The notes under the pieces are model-generated. The model saw only the letters and a program-made list of their open reading frames with translations. It searched no databases and was not told where the DNA came from. Position numbers and translations under genes: made by a program. A DNA stretch of 63,572 nt, the filler included, from Octopus bimaculoides (Eukaryota), in assembly GCF_001194135.2 (NCBI RefSeq). It is 7 parts of 5 records of this genome, joined end to end, with 100 filler letters (N's around TTAATTAATTAA, not from the genome) between each part and the next. Parts side by side here need not be neighbours in the genome. Positions count along the whole stretch, not along the records: positions 53,606 to 58,621 come from NC_068981.1; positions 58,722 to 61,144 come from NW_026304719.1; positions 61,245 to 63,572 come from NC_068982.1; 4 more parts are not named here. The stretch is one strand, 5' to 3'. Positions 54,456-63,572 of the stretch are shown in pieces (position 1 is the first letter of the stretch; each line of letters starts with the position of its first letter).

Positions 54456-54612
54456 GAAACAGCTTTGTTGTTCTTGAAATATCTTTGATCTTTTGAAGAA
54501 AAATAAAACCTTCCACACAAAATGTTTAATATTTGTAAATTTTCAATGTTAAGTATATAAATTGAAGAAAATTAACTTAATGCTTCTAAATGCTGTTGAC
54601 ATGCATGTTTAG

Positions 54613-54657
54613 CATGTTCATACACGTATTCTAAATCATGCAAATATCTTTGATACG
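54613..54657 (+). CDS. Candidate upstream 45-nt exon (HVHTRILNHANIFDT)
   Basis: tttag| acceptor, ACG|GTAATT donor, phase 0->0, compatible with the 54790 exon. An alternative mini-exon at 54671-54709 (KSNPPSRQCVKKW) is equally possible. Confidence 0.25.
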
Positions 54658-54789
54658 GTAATTGTCTCAGAAAAGCAATCCTCCCTCTAGACAATGTGTG
54701 AAAAAGTGGGTAATTTTCTTTTCTGTGTTTTTTTAAGAAATTTTACTTAAATCTAGATATGAGTTTGTTTTTTTTTTCTTTATTTCCAG

Positions 54790-54863
54790 AGAATGTATTT
54801 GAGTTTGACCTTGGCAATATTGAAGCATTCCCAGACGCGGCACCATCTATTGTCCCATGTGTT
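54790..54863 (+). CDS. Internal coding exon of an unidentified host gene (RMYLSLTLAILKHSQTRHHLLSHV + TT)
   Basis: Strong U2 acceptor (long T tract, tttccag|) and 3' boundary at a perfect U12 donor ATATCCTTT (54864). The 74-nt phase 0->2 frame is open and joins the next exon in frame. Confidence 0.7.
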
Positions 54864-55084
54864 ATATCCTTTGTTTTTCATTTATATGTAATCATTGTCA
54901 ATTTAACCACCAAAACTGGATATCTTCCATAGAATTTCTTGAATGTTAGAATATTACTGTTCTGTATTTTAGAGATGAAGAATTCTGTACAGTATTTACA
55001 TTGGATGGATATGTGTCCTCATCTTTGTTGTTACCACGTTTCGGCTGACTATTAGGTTTACAAGCCCTGAAATTCACTCTATAA

Positions 55085-55330
55085 TTGCCACGGTTAAGAG
55101 TGTGGGCTACTAACTCCAAGATTCCAATTTCAATTCCAAGCAGTACCTTGAATAAATAATAATAATAATAATAATAATAACATCAGCAAAAAAAACCTTA
55201 GGAATGAGAACCCAGGGCTGGGTTCAAAATTCTTACCAGGACACCTGATGAAGGCTGGAGAGTAAATCAACTGAAATGTTGTGGTAACAACAAACAAGAT
55301 GAGGACACATATCCGTCCAATGTAAATAAT
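55085..55330 (+). mobile_element. Composite element: tRNA-like head + (TAA)n + Penelope-like pseudo-LTR with hammerhead motif
   Basis: Degenerate B-box-like ATTTCAATTCC (55127-55137), (TAA)n about 55152-55179, CTGATGA core 55245-55251, GAAA 55273-55276; inverted partial copy of the 3' part at 54990-55048. Confidence 0.55.
55239..55285 (+). ncRNA. Degenerate minimal type I hammerhead ribozyme (Penelope-associated type)
   Basis: Stem I GACAC/GTGGT, CUGAUGA, stem II GGCTG/CAACT, GAAA-U-GUU with no stem III loop. The inverted copy at 55036-55048 preserves the unmutated CAGCC-GAAAC-GT. Confidence 0.55.
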
Positions 55331-55816
55331 GTGAATAACATAATAATGTTAGAAAATTATTTTTGATACAGATCTATTATGATATATATTATTATCTGCA
55401 TCTCCACTGCATCTCCAGAATTGCTGTATCTTAGATATGGATTAGTAAAGTCCATACAGACACACATGGACACATACACATGGACACACACATACAGACA
55501 CACAGAGACACAGACAGACACACACACACACACACATAGACAGACACACCCACACACATGGACACACACACGGACACACACATACAGACACACAGAGACA
55601 GAGACAGACACACACATACAGAAACACACACACACACACACATATAGAGACACTCACATACAGACAGATACACACACACACAGACACACACATATGGACA
55701 GACACACATGGACAGACACACATGGACACATACACATGGACACACATACACATATTTTATTCTAAATATGCATTGCTCCTAACTTATTCTGCATTGGTTT
55801 CCTTAATTGTTGTTAC

Positions 55817-55919
55817 GTTTGACAAGATTAAATTTCCCGTCTTTCTTCACATTAAACCCCCGGACGATAAAGGACTTATTGAAATTGTGCCTACTGTTTG
55901 GTGGCCAAAAGTTAAAGAG
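55817..55919 (+). CDS. Internal coding exon (G + FDKIKFPVFLHIKPPDDKGLIEIVPTVWWPKVKE)
   Basis: 103 nt, open frame, protein-like composition, ends at strong donor GAG|GTAAGG in phase 0. Confidence 0.75.
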
Positions 55920-55980
55920 GTAAGGCATTTACAATAGTTATTCTTCTTCCCTCCCTCTCCATTGTGGCAACTCTTGAAGT

Positions 55981-56623
55981 TAGTGGTTCTCAACCAAGGT
56001 TCCTATGGCCAGTGGGGGGTCAGTATAAGATTTTGCTGTAAAATTTATCTGCAGTAAATCATTTATACTTCTACAATATACAAAATCATCATCATCATCA
56101 TCGTTTAATGTCCACTTTCCATGCTGGCATGGGTTGGACAGTTTCACTGGGGTCTGGGAAGCTGGGAGGCTGCACTAGGCTCCAGTCTGATCTGGCAATA
56201 TCTCTACAGCTGGATGCCCTTCTTAACACCAACCACTCTGAGAGTGTAGTGGGTGTCTTTTACATGCCTCTGGCACAGGCGCCAGTCAGGAGGTACTGAC
56301 ATCGGTCACGTTCGGATGGTATTTATACATTTGCTGGTGGCATGTAAAAAGCACCATTCAAGCATGATCATTGCCAGCGTCGCGTTACTGGCACGTGAAA
56401 ATCAACATTCGAACATGGTCGTTGCTAGTAGAAACTGTAGAAACTTTGCCAGATCAGATTGAGCCTGGTCCAGCCTTCTGGTTCACAAGTCCTCAGTCAA
56501 ACCGTCCAACCCATACCAGCATGGAAAGCAGACGTAAAATGATGATGATGATAAAAATATTACTCTGGTGTCCGGTGGAGCAAAATAGGCATGCAATAGG
56601 CTAGGAATGGTTGACAACCACTG
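55981..56623. mobile_element. hAT MITE containing two head-to-head RTE-related SINEs
   Basis: Ends TAGTGGTTCTCAACC / GGTTGACAACCACTG; TSD not conserved. Confidence 0.6.
56092..56552. mobile_element. Two family C elements in head-to-head inverted orientation
   Basis: (CAT)n at the left end, (GAT)n at the right end; arms 56095-56215 and 56430-56552 are complementary. Confidence 0.8.
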
Positions 56624-56834
56624 TTCTAGAACTATTCTTCTTTCCATCATGTCCCTACAGATAATTTTATCCACAGGACTTAAAATATGAACATCTGCTG
56701 CTAACATAGCCTGTATGTGGCCTCTGAATCTGCTAGAAATGGCAACCAAATTTTCTCAAAATCACAACCTACTATCTTAAAGGAATACACATTGAATAAT
56801 TGCGGTGACAGATATCTTTTATATCTTTTTCTCA

Positions 56835-57172
56835 ACTTTTTAGACTATGGCCATGCTGGGGCACTACCTTGAAACATTTTTAGTCAGATGAATCGGCCCC
56901 AGTACTTTTTTCTTTAAGCCTGTACTTATTCTATTGGCCTTTTTTGCCAAATTGCTAAATAATGGAGATGTAAACACACTAAGACCAGTTGTCAAGCAAT
57001 GGTAGGGGACAAACACACACACACATAGATAGATATACATGCACAACAGGTTTCTTTCAATTTCCGTTTAGCAAATCCACTCACAAGGCTTTTGTGAGCC
57101 CAGGGTTACAGTAGAAGATACTTGCCCTAGGTGCCACGCAGTGGGACTGAACCCGGAACCATGTGGTTGGGA
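56835..57172 (-). mobile_element. SINE family A
   Basis: Near full-length reverse-complement homology. Confidence 0.8.
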
Positions 57173-57428
57173 AAGTCATGAATCAAATTAATAGTTTTAC
57201 GACTCTGAACCAAACACCTTAACCATTAAGCTGTGTCTTCAGCAAGTAACTTAGCACCAACTTCACTATTGAAATGACCAGAGTTGGTGATGGACTATTT
57301 TGAACTAAAGCCATGTAAAGTGGACAGTAACCAGGCAAACTTATTTCCATTAATTTAAAACTGCCCCCACCCCATGGTTTGTTGTCTTTTTGTCTCATGA
57401 ACAGATTGTTTTTGGTTCCATTTTCCAG

Positions 57429-57522
57429 GAAGGTACAGCATTACAGCCACAGACTCACAAGGAAGAAGAAGACAAACAAGCTTATCTTGCTTCATGTGAA
57501 CAACTGAAAAATAAAATTGAAG
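57429..57522 (+). CDS. Internal coding exon (EGTALQPQTHKEEEDKQAYLASCEQLKNKIE + G)
   Basis: Acceptor ttccattttccag| and donor GAAG|GTAATT. Only the phase-0 frame is open, matching the previous exon's phase. Confidence 0.75.
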
Positions 57523-57556
57523 GTAATTGTCTTACTTGACTGACGTTTTATCTCAT

Positions 57557-57579
<23 letters not shown>

Positions 57580-57599
<20 letters not shown>

Positions 57600-57995
57600 T
57601 TTTAGCGTCTATTTTCCATGTTGGCATGGGTTGGATGGTTTGACTAGGGACTGGCAAGCCAGGAAGCCGCATCAGGCTCCAATCTGATCTGGCAATGTTT
57701 CTACAGCTGGATGCCCTTCCTAACGCCAACCACTCCAAGAGTTTAGTGGGTGCTTTTTACGTGCCACTGGCACTGGCATCGGCCATGTTCAGATGATGCT
57801 TTTTACATGCCACCAGCATGGGAGCCAGTCAGGCAGCACTGGCATCGACCACGTTCGGATGGTGCTTTTTACGTACCACTGGCACAAGAGCCAGTCGGGG
57901 CGGGAGGGTGGTGCTGGCATCGACCGCATTCGGATGCTGCTTTTTACGTGCCACCAGCACAGAAAGCCAGTCAGGCGACACTGGCAATGACCCAT
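57580..57995 (-). mobile_element. Family C element with an array of 3-4 5' tandem units
   Basis: (CAT)n tail on the + strand; repeated ggtgctttttacgtgccac..gcac..gagccagtcagg units. Confidence 0.85.
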
Positions 57996-58009
57996 CACAC
58001 CCTAAAAGA

Positions 58010-58370
58010 TTGAAAGGCAAAATTGACCTCAGCAGTATTTGATTTCAGCCAATAAATAGCCAGAAGAAATACCATTAAGCACTTCATCTTCAATATGCTG
58101 ACATCTCTGCCAGCTCACCATCTTAAAAAAAAAATAATAGTAATAATACAATTCCTTTCTACTATAGGCACAAGGTCTGAAATTTTAGGGGAGGGGGCTA
58201 GTCGATAACATTGATCCCCAGTGCATAACTGGTGCTTATTTCATCAACCCCAAAAGGTTGAAAGTAAAGTCGACCTCAGTGGAATTTGAACTCAAAACAT
58301 AAAGTCGAACAAAATCCTGCTAAGCATTTTGCCCGGCATGCTAACAATTCTGCCAGCTCGCCACCTTAAT
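58010..58370 (-). mobile_element. SINE family B (partial 58010-58115 and full 58140-58370)
   Basis: Reverse-complement homology. Confidence 0.75.
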
Positions 58371-58571
58371 AAGAAGAAGAAGAATAATAAGTGATTTTAA
58401 ATTATCAAACGCAGGATAATGCTAATAATATAGCCTGAACAGGATAAACTACCCCTATTTTGCAGAAAAAAGTGTAGGTGACCAGACATGGTCAGTGTAA
58501 GCGGTTGTTTGAGCCAGATGTGGTCAGTTTAAATGCTAAAGGAACCACATTTTCCTTTTTCTCATTTTTAG

Positions 58572-58603
58572 AATATTATCCCAGTTTCCATATTTTAAGC
58601 TGA
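58572..58603 (+). CDS. Probable last coding exon (G+AA=E, YYPSFHILS*)
   Basis: Long polypyrimidine tract ttttcctttttctcatttttag|; phase 1 matches the upstream exon; TGA at 58601-58603. Sequence downstream is cut off by a spacer. Confidence 0.45.
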
Positions 58604-58837
58604 AATATTTTATGTCTTTTGNNNNNNNNNNNNNNNNNNNNNNNNNNNNNNNNNNNNNNNNNNNNTTAATTAATTAANNNNNNNNNNNNNNNNNNNNNNN
58701 NNNNNNNNNNNNNNNNNNNNNCCCGAACGTGTGAAATGCAATGTATATAACATTAGTGTATATATATACTATTAATTTTTCTATCAGTAATTAAAACAGC
58801 ACAAAGTGAGTTGGTCCTTTTCAAAGCCAATGTCAGC

Positions 58838-58891
<54 letters not shown>

Positions 58892-59749
58892 CGACGCAAC
58901 ACTACAGCAACTACAATAATATCATCAAAAAGATAGGAAGCAACTACAACCTGACATCCAATCTATACCTCTCATATCCTGTGGTTAGAGAACAAATCCA
59001 AGCTAGCGACAAAAACAAAATCGATAAAATCACTTGCCGTGGCTACCGAAGTAAGGACAAAAAGAATGATCTTGGTTTTCTTACGCTGAATCTTCACCGA
59101 AGACATTACAAGTGAGCAATGGACTCTCCGAGAAGTCTTTCGGCATGATAGAAAGAGTAGTTACATATCTTTCAAACAGCACTTAACATCACAGAGAAAA
59201 GCAAAGATCAGATAGTGTGATTCTGTATGTAGCTGTCCATGTGAACAGTGCAGGTAATTGGTGCCACCTCTGCCTTTCATACGCAGGTGTAACCTTTCGC
59301 TTGAGGGAGGCTTGCAGCAAATTACACAGGGTAATCACATTAGAGCTGGTGTTGCATCAGGGGTAACCCTTTACCTGAAAATCTCAAATAAACACAAACA
59401 CGGAGAAAACTGTAAAATATCATTATCATTCTTTGCAATAATAATAACAATTCCAAATCCAAATCACGGCATGAACGGAAAACCTCCCCTGGATGTCCAA
59501 GACACCAGATCTACTGCATTCGACAGAGTGGCACTCAGAGGGCAATGAAGTGGAAGACCAGACTCCACCCTGTCGTAGTCCTTTTAATAACAGGAAACAA
59601 GAGCAAACAAGACCCGCTACAGTGTGCTTTTAATGCAAAAGGATTCAACAAAAATGGACTTAACAACAACGGACAGGTACTGAGTAGCAAGAAAGTGGTA
59701 TGAATGCAAGCCAGAGGATATGACAAAAAATAATAATTACAGAATACTA

Positions 59750-60042
59750 TGGGGTCTATTCATAAAGAGTTGCCATACTACTGAGCCAGAACACTAGAGA
59801 GGATTGTAGAGAAGATGAAAGAATCGTAAGAGTGTAAGATGATAGATTTTGCAATACTAAATATTGGTAGAACTGATATCAAAGAGAGTGAGTAAACAGT
59901 GATATCAGAAACTAATCAGAGATCTGAAGAAATTGTGAAAGACCATTGATAGTAGTTCCTGTGATTATTGATGCTCTTGTTTCGACATCCAATCTGTTTT
60001 CTAAGAAAGCGAAGGTTACTAGAATGAAGCCATGCATTCTAG
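59750..60042 (+). mobile_element. Highly degenerate RLE-type LINE C-terminal fragment
   Basis: Frameshifted ...DFAILNIGRTDIK... and IVVPVIIDALVS, resembling the D-AIP...VVPVIIGALG block at 29200-29330. Confidence 0.45.
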
Positions 60043-60485
60043 ANNNNNNNNNNNNNNNNNNNNNNNNNNNNNNNNNNNNNNNNNNNNNNNNNNNNNNNNN
60101 NNNNNNNNNNNNNNNNNNNNNNNNNNNNNNNNNNNNNNNNNNNNNNNNNNNNNNNNNNNNNNNNNNNNNNNNNNNNNNNNNNNNNNNNNNNNNNNNNNNN
60201 NNNNNNNNNNNNNNNNNNNNNNNNNNNNNNNNNNNNNNNNNNNNNNNNNNNNNNNNNNNNNNNNNNNNNNNNNNNNNNNNNNNNNNNNNNNNNNNNNNNN
60301 NNNNNNNNNNNNNNNNNNNNNNNNNNNNNNNNNNNNNNNNNNNNNNNNNNNNNNNNNNNNNNNNNNNNNNNNNNNNNNNNNNNNNNNNNNNNNNNNNNNN
60401 NNNNNNNNNNNNNNNNNNNNNNNNNNNNNNNNNNNNNNNNNNNNNNNNNNNNNNNNNNNNNNNNNNNNNNNNNNNNNNNNNNNNN

Positions 60486-61075
60486 GTAGAGGTACTCAAT
60501 AATGAAGAGGAATGGATGAAGGAAGGTGGCGAGGTATTTTTATATTTAGCCATGAAAAATATTAGATTAATGTATTTTAGAGTTGTACAGATTTTCTGGT
60601 TGCATGGAGAGACTAACTCTGAGTTTCGTTTCCTAATTTGGTTCTTAAGATGTAAGAACGTGCTACAATTCTTTGGCAAAAAGTTCGCAGGGTTCGTTGT
60701 CACCTTTGTACGGTAGTGCGTGTGACAAATGTTGTTTTCAATTAAAGGTTAATCGACTATTTCTTTAATTTAATGTCCATATATGTTTGGATAGTGAGGT
60801 ATCATTTTTATGTGCATTGTAGAGGTACTCAATAATGAAGAGGAATGGATGAAGGAAGGTGGCGAGGTATTTTTATATTTAGCCATCAAAAGTATTAGTT
60901 TAATGTGTTTTAGAGTTAAGAACGTGCTACAATTCTTTGGCAAAAAGTTCGCAGGGTTTGTTGTCACCTTTGTACGGTTGTGCGTGTGACAAATGTTTTT
61001 TCAATTAAAGGTTAATCGACTATTTCTTTAATTTAATGTCCATATATGTTTGGATAGTGAGGTATAATTTTTCAT
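60486..61075 (+). repeat. Tandem duplication (period 333 bp) of a probable L1/Tx1 3' fragment
   Basis: 60486-60818 is repeated at 60819-61075 with a few substitutions and a deletion of about 70 bp. EGGEVFLYLAMK resembles EGKAAFLCLVVIAK of the 13 kb element. Confidence 0.75.
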
Positions 61076-61244
61076 GTCTGTGTCGGGAAAAGTGTATGTA
61101 TGTGTGTGTGTGTGTGTGTATGCGCGAGTGCACATGTGTGTTTCNNNNNNNNNNNNNNNNNNNNNNNNNNNNNNNNNNNNNNNNNNNNTTAATTAATTAA
61201 NNNNNNNNNNNNNNNNNNNNNNNNNNNNNNNNNNNNNNNNNNNN

Positions 61245-61281
<37 letters not shown>

Positions 61282-61849
61282 TTTGTTACTCGTTGCAATA
61301 AAAGGTATATGACAATCATACAGCAACATTATTAGCTAGCAGTTTCCAATTAACTGAATGGAATTCTTATGTAAACGCTTCAGAATGTATGCAATATAGA
61401 ATATTTTATCAATAGAATTAAGAAAATTGTTTTCATACGATGTCTATCTAAAATACAATGAAATCATATTCAATTTTAATTCACTTCCGAGATTTCAATT
61501 TCTCACATTTTCTTTTGTTTATTTCTTTTTACATTTATCTATTGGTGAGATTGTTTTTATAATAAATTTTATCTTTAAAAATTCTAGACAAACATACAAT
61601 TATTTCTTTTTTAGTATGACTATATGGCAAAGAAGATCTTGTACATTAATGTGCATACACTACGCTTATGATTCTTCATACTATTTGTGACATCTCTTAT
61701 TATTCTGGATTCTATTAATGTTTTGAACTTTATTTTCCCTTCTCAACCATTTATCATTGCCTACTAAACATTTTCCATTACCACCCTCCACCTCTCTGAA
61801 CATATTTATCTTTACATTTCTGGACAATCTTATAAAATTTTGATCCTTA

Positions 61850-63200
61850 AGTTTTATATTTTTTACAGCATTTACTTCCTAACTCGTCCTTCAAAAGCTG
61901 TCGCTATTTCTTCTCTTCGCCTAATTCCTTTCTCATGTGCATGCATATTCGCATCTGCGTTAATCTGTCCTTCTATCAATCCTTTCCTTTGCCTTACATT
62001 CTTAATTATCTCCTACCTAACCTGACCTGATTCTTACAACCTCCTCTGAATTGATATTATTATGAACATTGAACACACTTCTTTCATCATACAGATCCAA
62101 CACTAGTGACACCATCTGTGACTGATTTACCTTCAATCTCTCTATATCATCCTTTTACATCATTTATTTTTGTTCAAAACCTAGGCAACTACATGTCTAT
62201 TAATTTTACCACATAGGTGACAAAACTTATCTATACTGTACACTAGAATACATCTATAGTATTTTGGTCAGTATTGTATCACGATGAATGAAAATTACAC
62301 GCCTTTCCGTTTCCTTGTCCAAAATATTAAGTATGTAGATTGTATCTTCACCCTCGCGAAAATCCATCCCGTCACCCACCATATGTTCAATTTAAGCGAT
62401 ACAATCAACCTTTTCACTTTTCTGCTTCATGTATGCTGAAATAAGACTAAATTCTTCACTTGTGCACTTCACAGTGGAATATATAATTGCATGAGCATTT
62501 AAGGGGACTCTTTCCTCGTCTGTCCCAAGACAGGAGTGACAAAGACTAAATATTCTTGTCAAATTCCTCTCTAGCTGGGTGCGGTACCTGTTTTAATTCG
62601 CCAATCTTTGCCTCTAATGCAGCTTCACATCAGCGTTCTCGCAGCTTCATATGTCTGTTTCTCTTCTATAGAGACCTATTCAGTTATTCTTAGTAGAGCT
62701 CTTGGTGAGACGGTTGTTGAAGCCGCTTTGTAACTGTTATTGGTATTGGTGGATACAGTAGCTGTGATAGTGGTAACTCTCTCGTGTTGCTCGTGTTGGG
62801 TGCAGTTAGGTTTATTCTGCTAGTTCCGGAGTCAATACTATCTGTGATTGAAATCGATGTATTGTTGCTTTTACTGTTGTTATGATAGTATTTGTGTTGT
62901 AAATCTTGTTATTGTTGATGATGCTGTCACTGTTGCTGAATTGATTTTGTTTTGCCTTTTGCTGCTGCTATTACCATTGTACTAGTAATTTTAGTGGTGA
63001 TGTGTTTTGCGTTACTAATGATTATGTCTGCCTTTTATGAGCTATGAACTAGAAGATGAAAGGTGTCTTCCGTTAATATGGATTCTCAGTTTCAATTTCC
63101 TCTAACTCTCTCAGTTCAACTTCTCACATCATTCTCTTCGTCACACGAGGCCATGATGGAAAATACTAATTTCAAAATAAATTGTAAAAACTTTTTGAAA
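61850..63200 (-). mobile_element. Highly degenerate CR1-like ORF1/endonuclease region
   Basis: Purine-rich minus strand with broken APE-like fragments; no intact frame. Confidence 0.3.
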
Positions 63201-63267
63201 TTAAATGTAAATTGAAACAACCCATCCTCCTTGTTCAGGAAAACTTCCTCAACACGATGTAAATGCT

Positions 63268-63572
63268 GTTGTTGTTGGCACTCCGTCGCTTACCACATCG
63301 AGGGTTCCAGTTGATCCGATCAACGGAACAGCCTGCTCGTGAAATTAACGTGCAAGTGGCTGAGCACTCCACAGACACGTGTACCCTTAACGTAGTTCTC
63401 GAGGGATATTCAGCGTGACACAGTGTGACATGGCTGGCCCTTTGAATTACAGACACAACAGAAACAGGAAGTAAGAGTGAGAGAAAGTTGTGTTGAAAGA
63501 GTACAGCAGGGTTCGCCACCATCCCCTGCCGGAGCCTCGTGGAGCTTTAGGTGTTTTCACTCGATAAACACT
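63268..63572 (-). mobile_element. SINE family D, truncated by the window end
   Basis: Non-coding conserved-looking block ending in an (AAC)n tail on the - strand; recognised as an abundant octopus repeat from memory, not verified by search. Confidence 0.55.

Larger units (their letters stand above)
54864..55816 (+). other. U12-type (minor spliceosome) AT-AC intron, 953 nt
   Basis: 5' end ATATCCTTTG; branch motif TTCCTTAAT at 55799-55807; terminal AC at 55815-55816, 10 nt after the branch A. The flanking exons join as ...SHV-L(TT+G)-FDKIKFP... with no stop. Confidence 0.8.

Overview
AT-rich, microsatellite-dense eukaryotic DNA with many N gaps. The SINE, LINE and MITE repertoire points to an octopus (coleoid cephalopod) genome; this is an inference from repeat families. 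Six 44N-TTAATTAATTAA-44N spacers show the window is a concatenation of about 7 scaffolds, so contiguity across them is not guaranteed. Almost all listed ORFs are microsatellite or gap artefacts. Supportable content: (i) decayed non-LTR retrotransposons, including a long L1/Tx1-like copy at about 10.05-13.47 kb, a head-to-tail cluster of RLE-type (R4/Dong/HERO-like) fragments separated by (TAA)n at 27.5-29.8 kb, and CR1/L2-group and RTE fragments; (ii) dozens of SINEs from at least 4 families; (iii) hAT, piggyBac-like and mariner MITEs, plus a fold-back MITE with an 8-bp TSD that carries (TTAGGG)n; (iv) a + strand spliced host gene fragment at 54.8-58.6 kb whose exons join in frame through a U12-type AT-AC intron (54864-55816). 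That minor intron contains, in sense orientation, a composite element with a degenerate tRNA-like head, a (TAA)n linker and a Penelope-type minimal hammerhead ribozyme motif. This element is the most unusual feature of the window.
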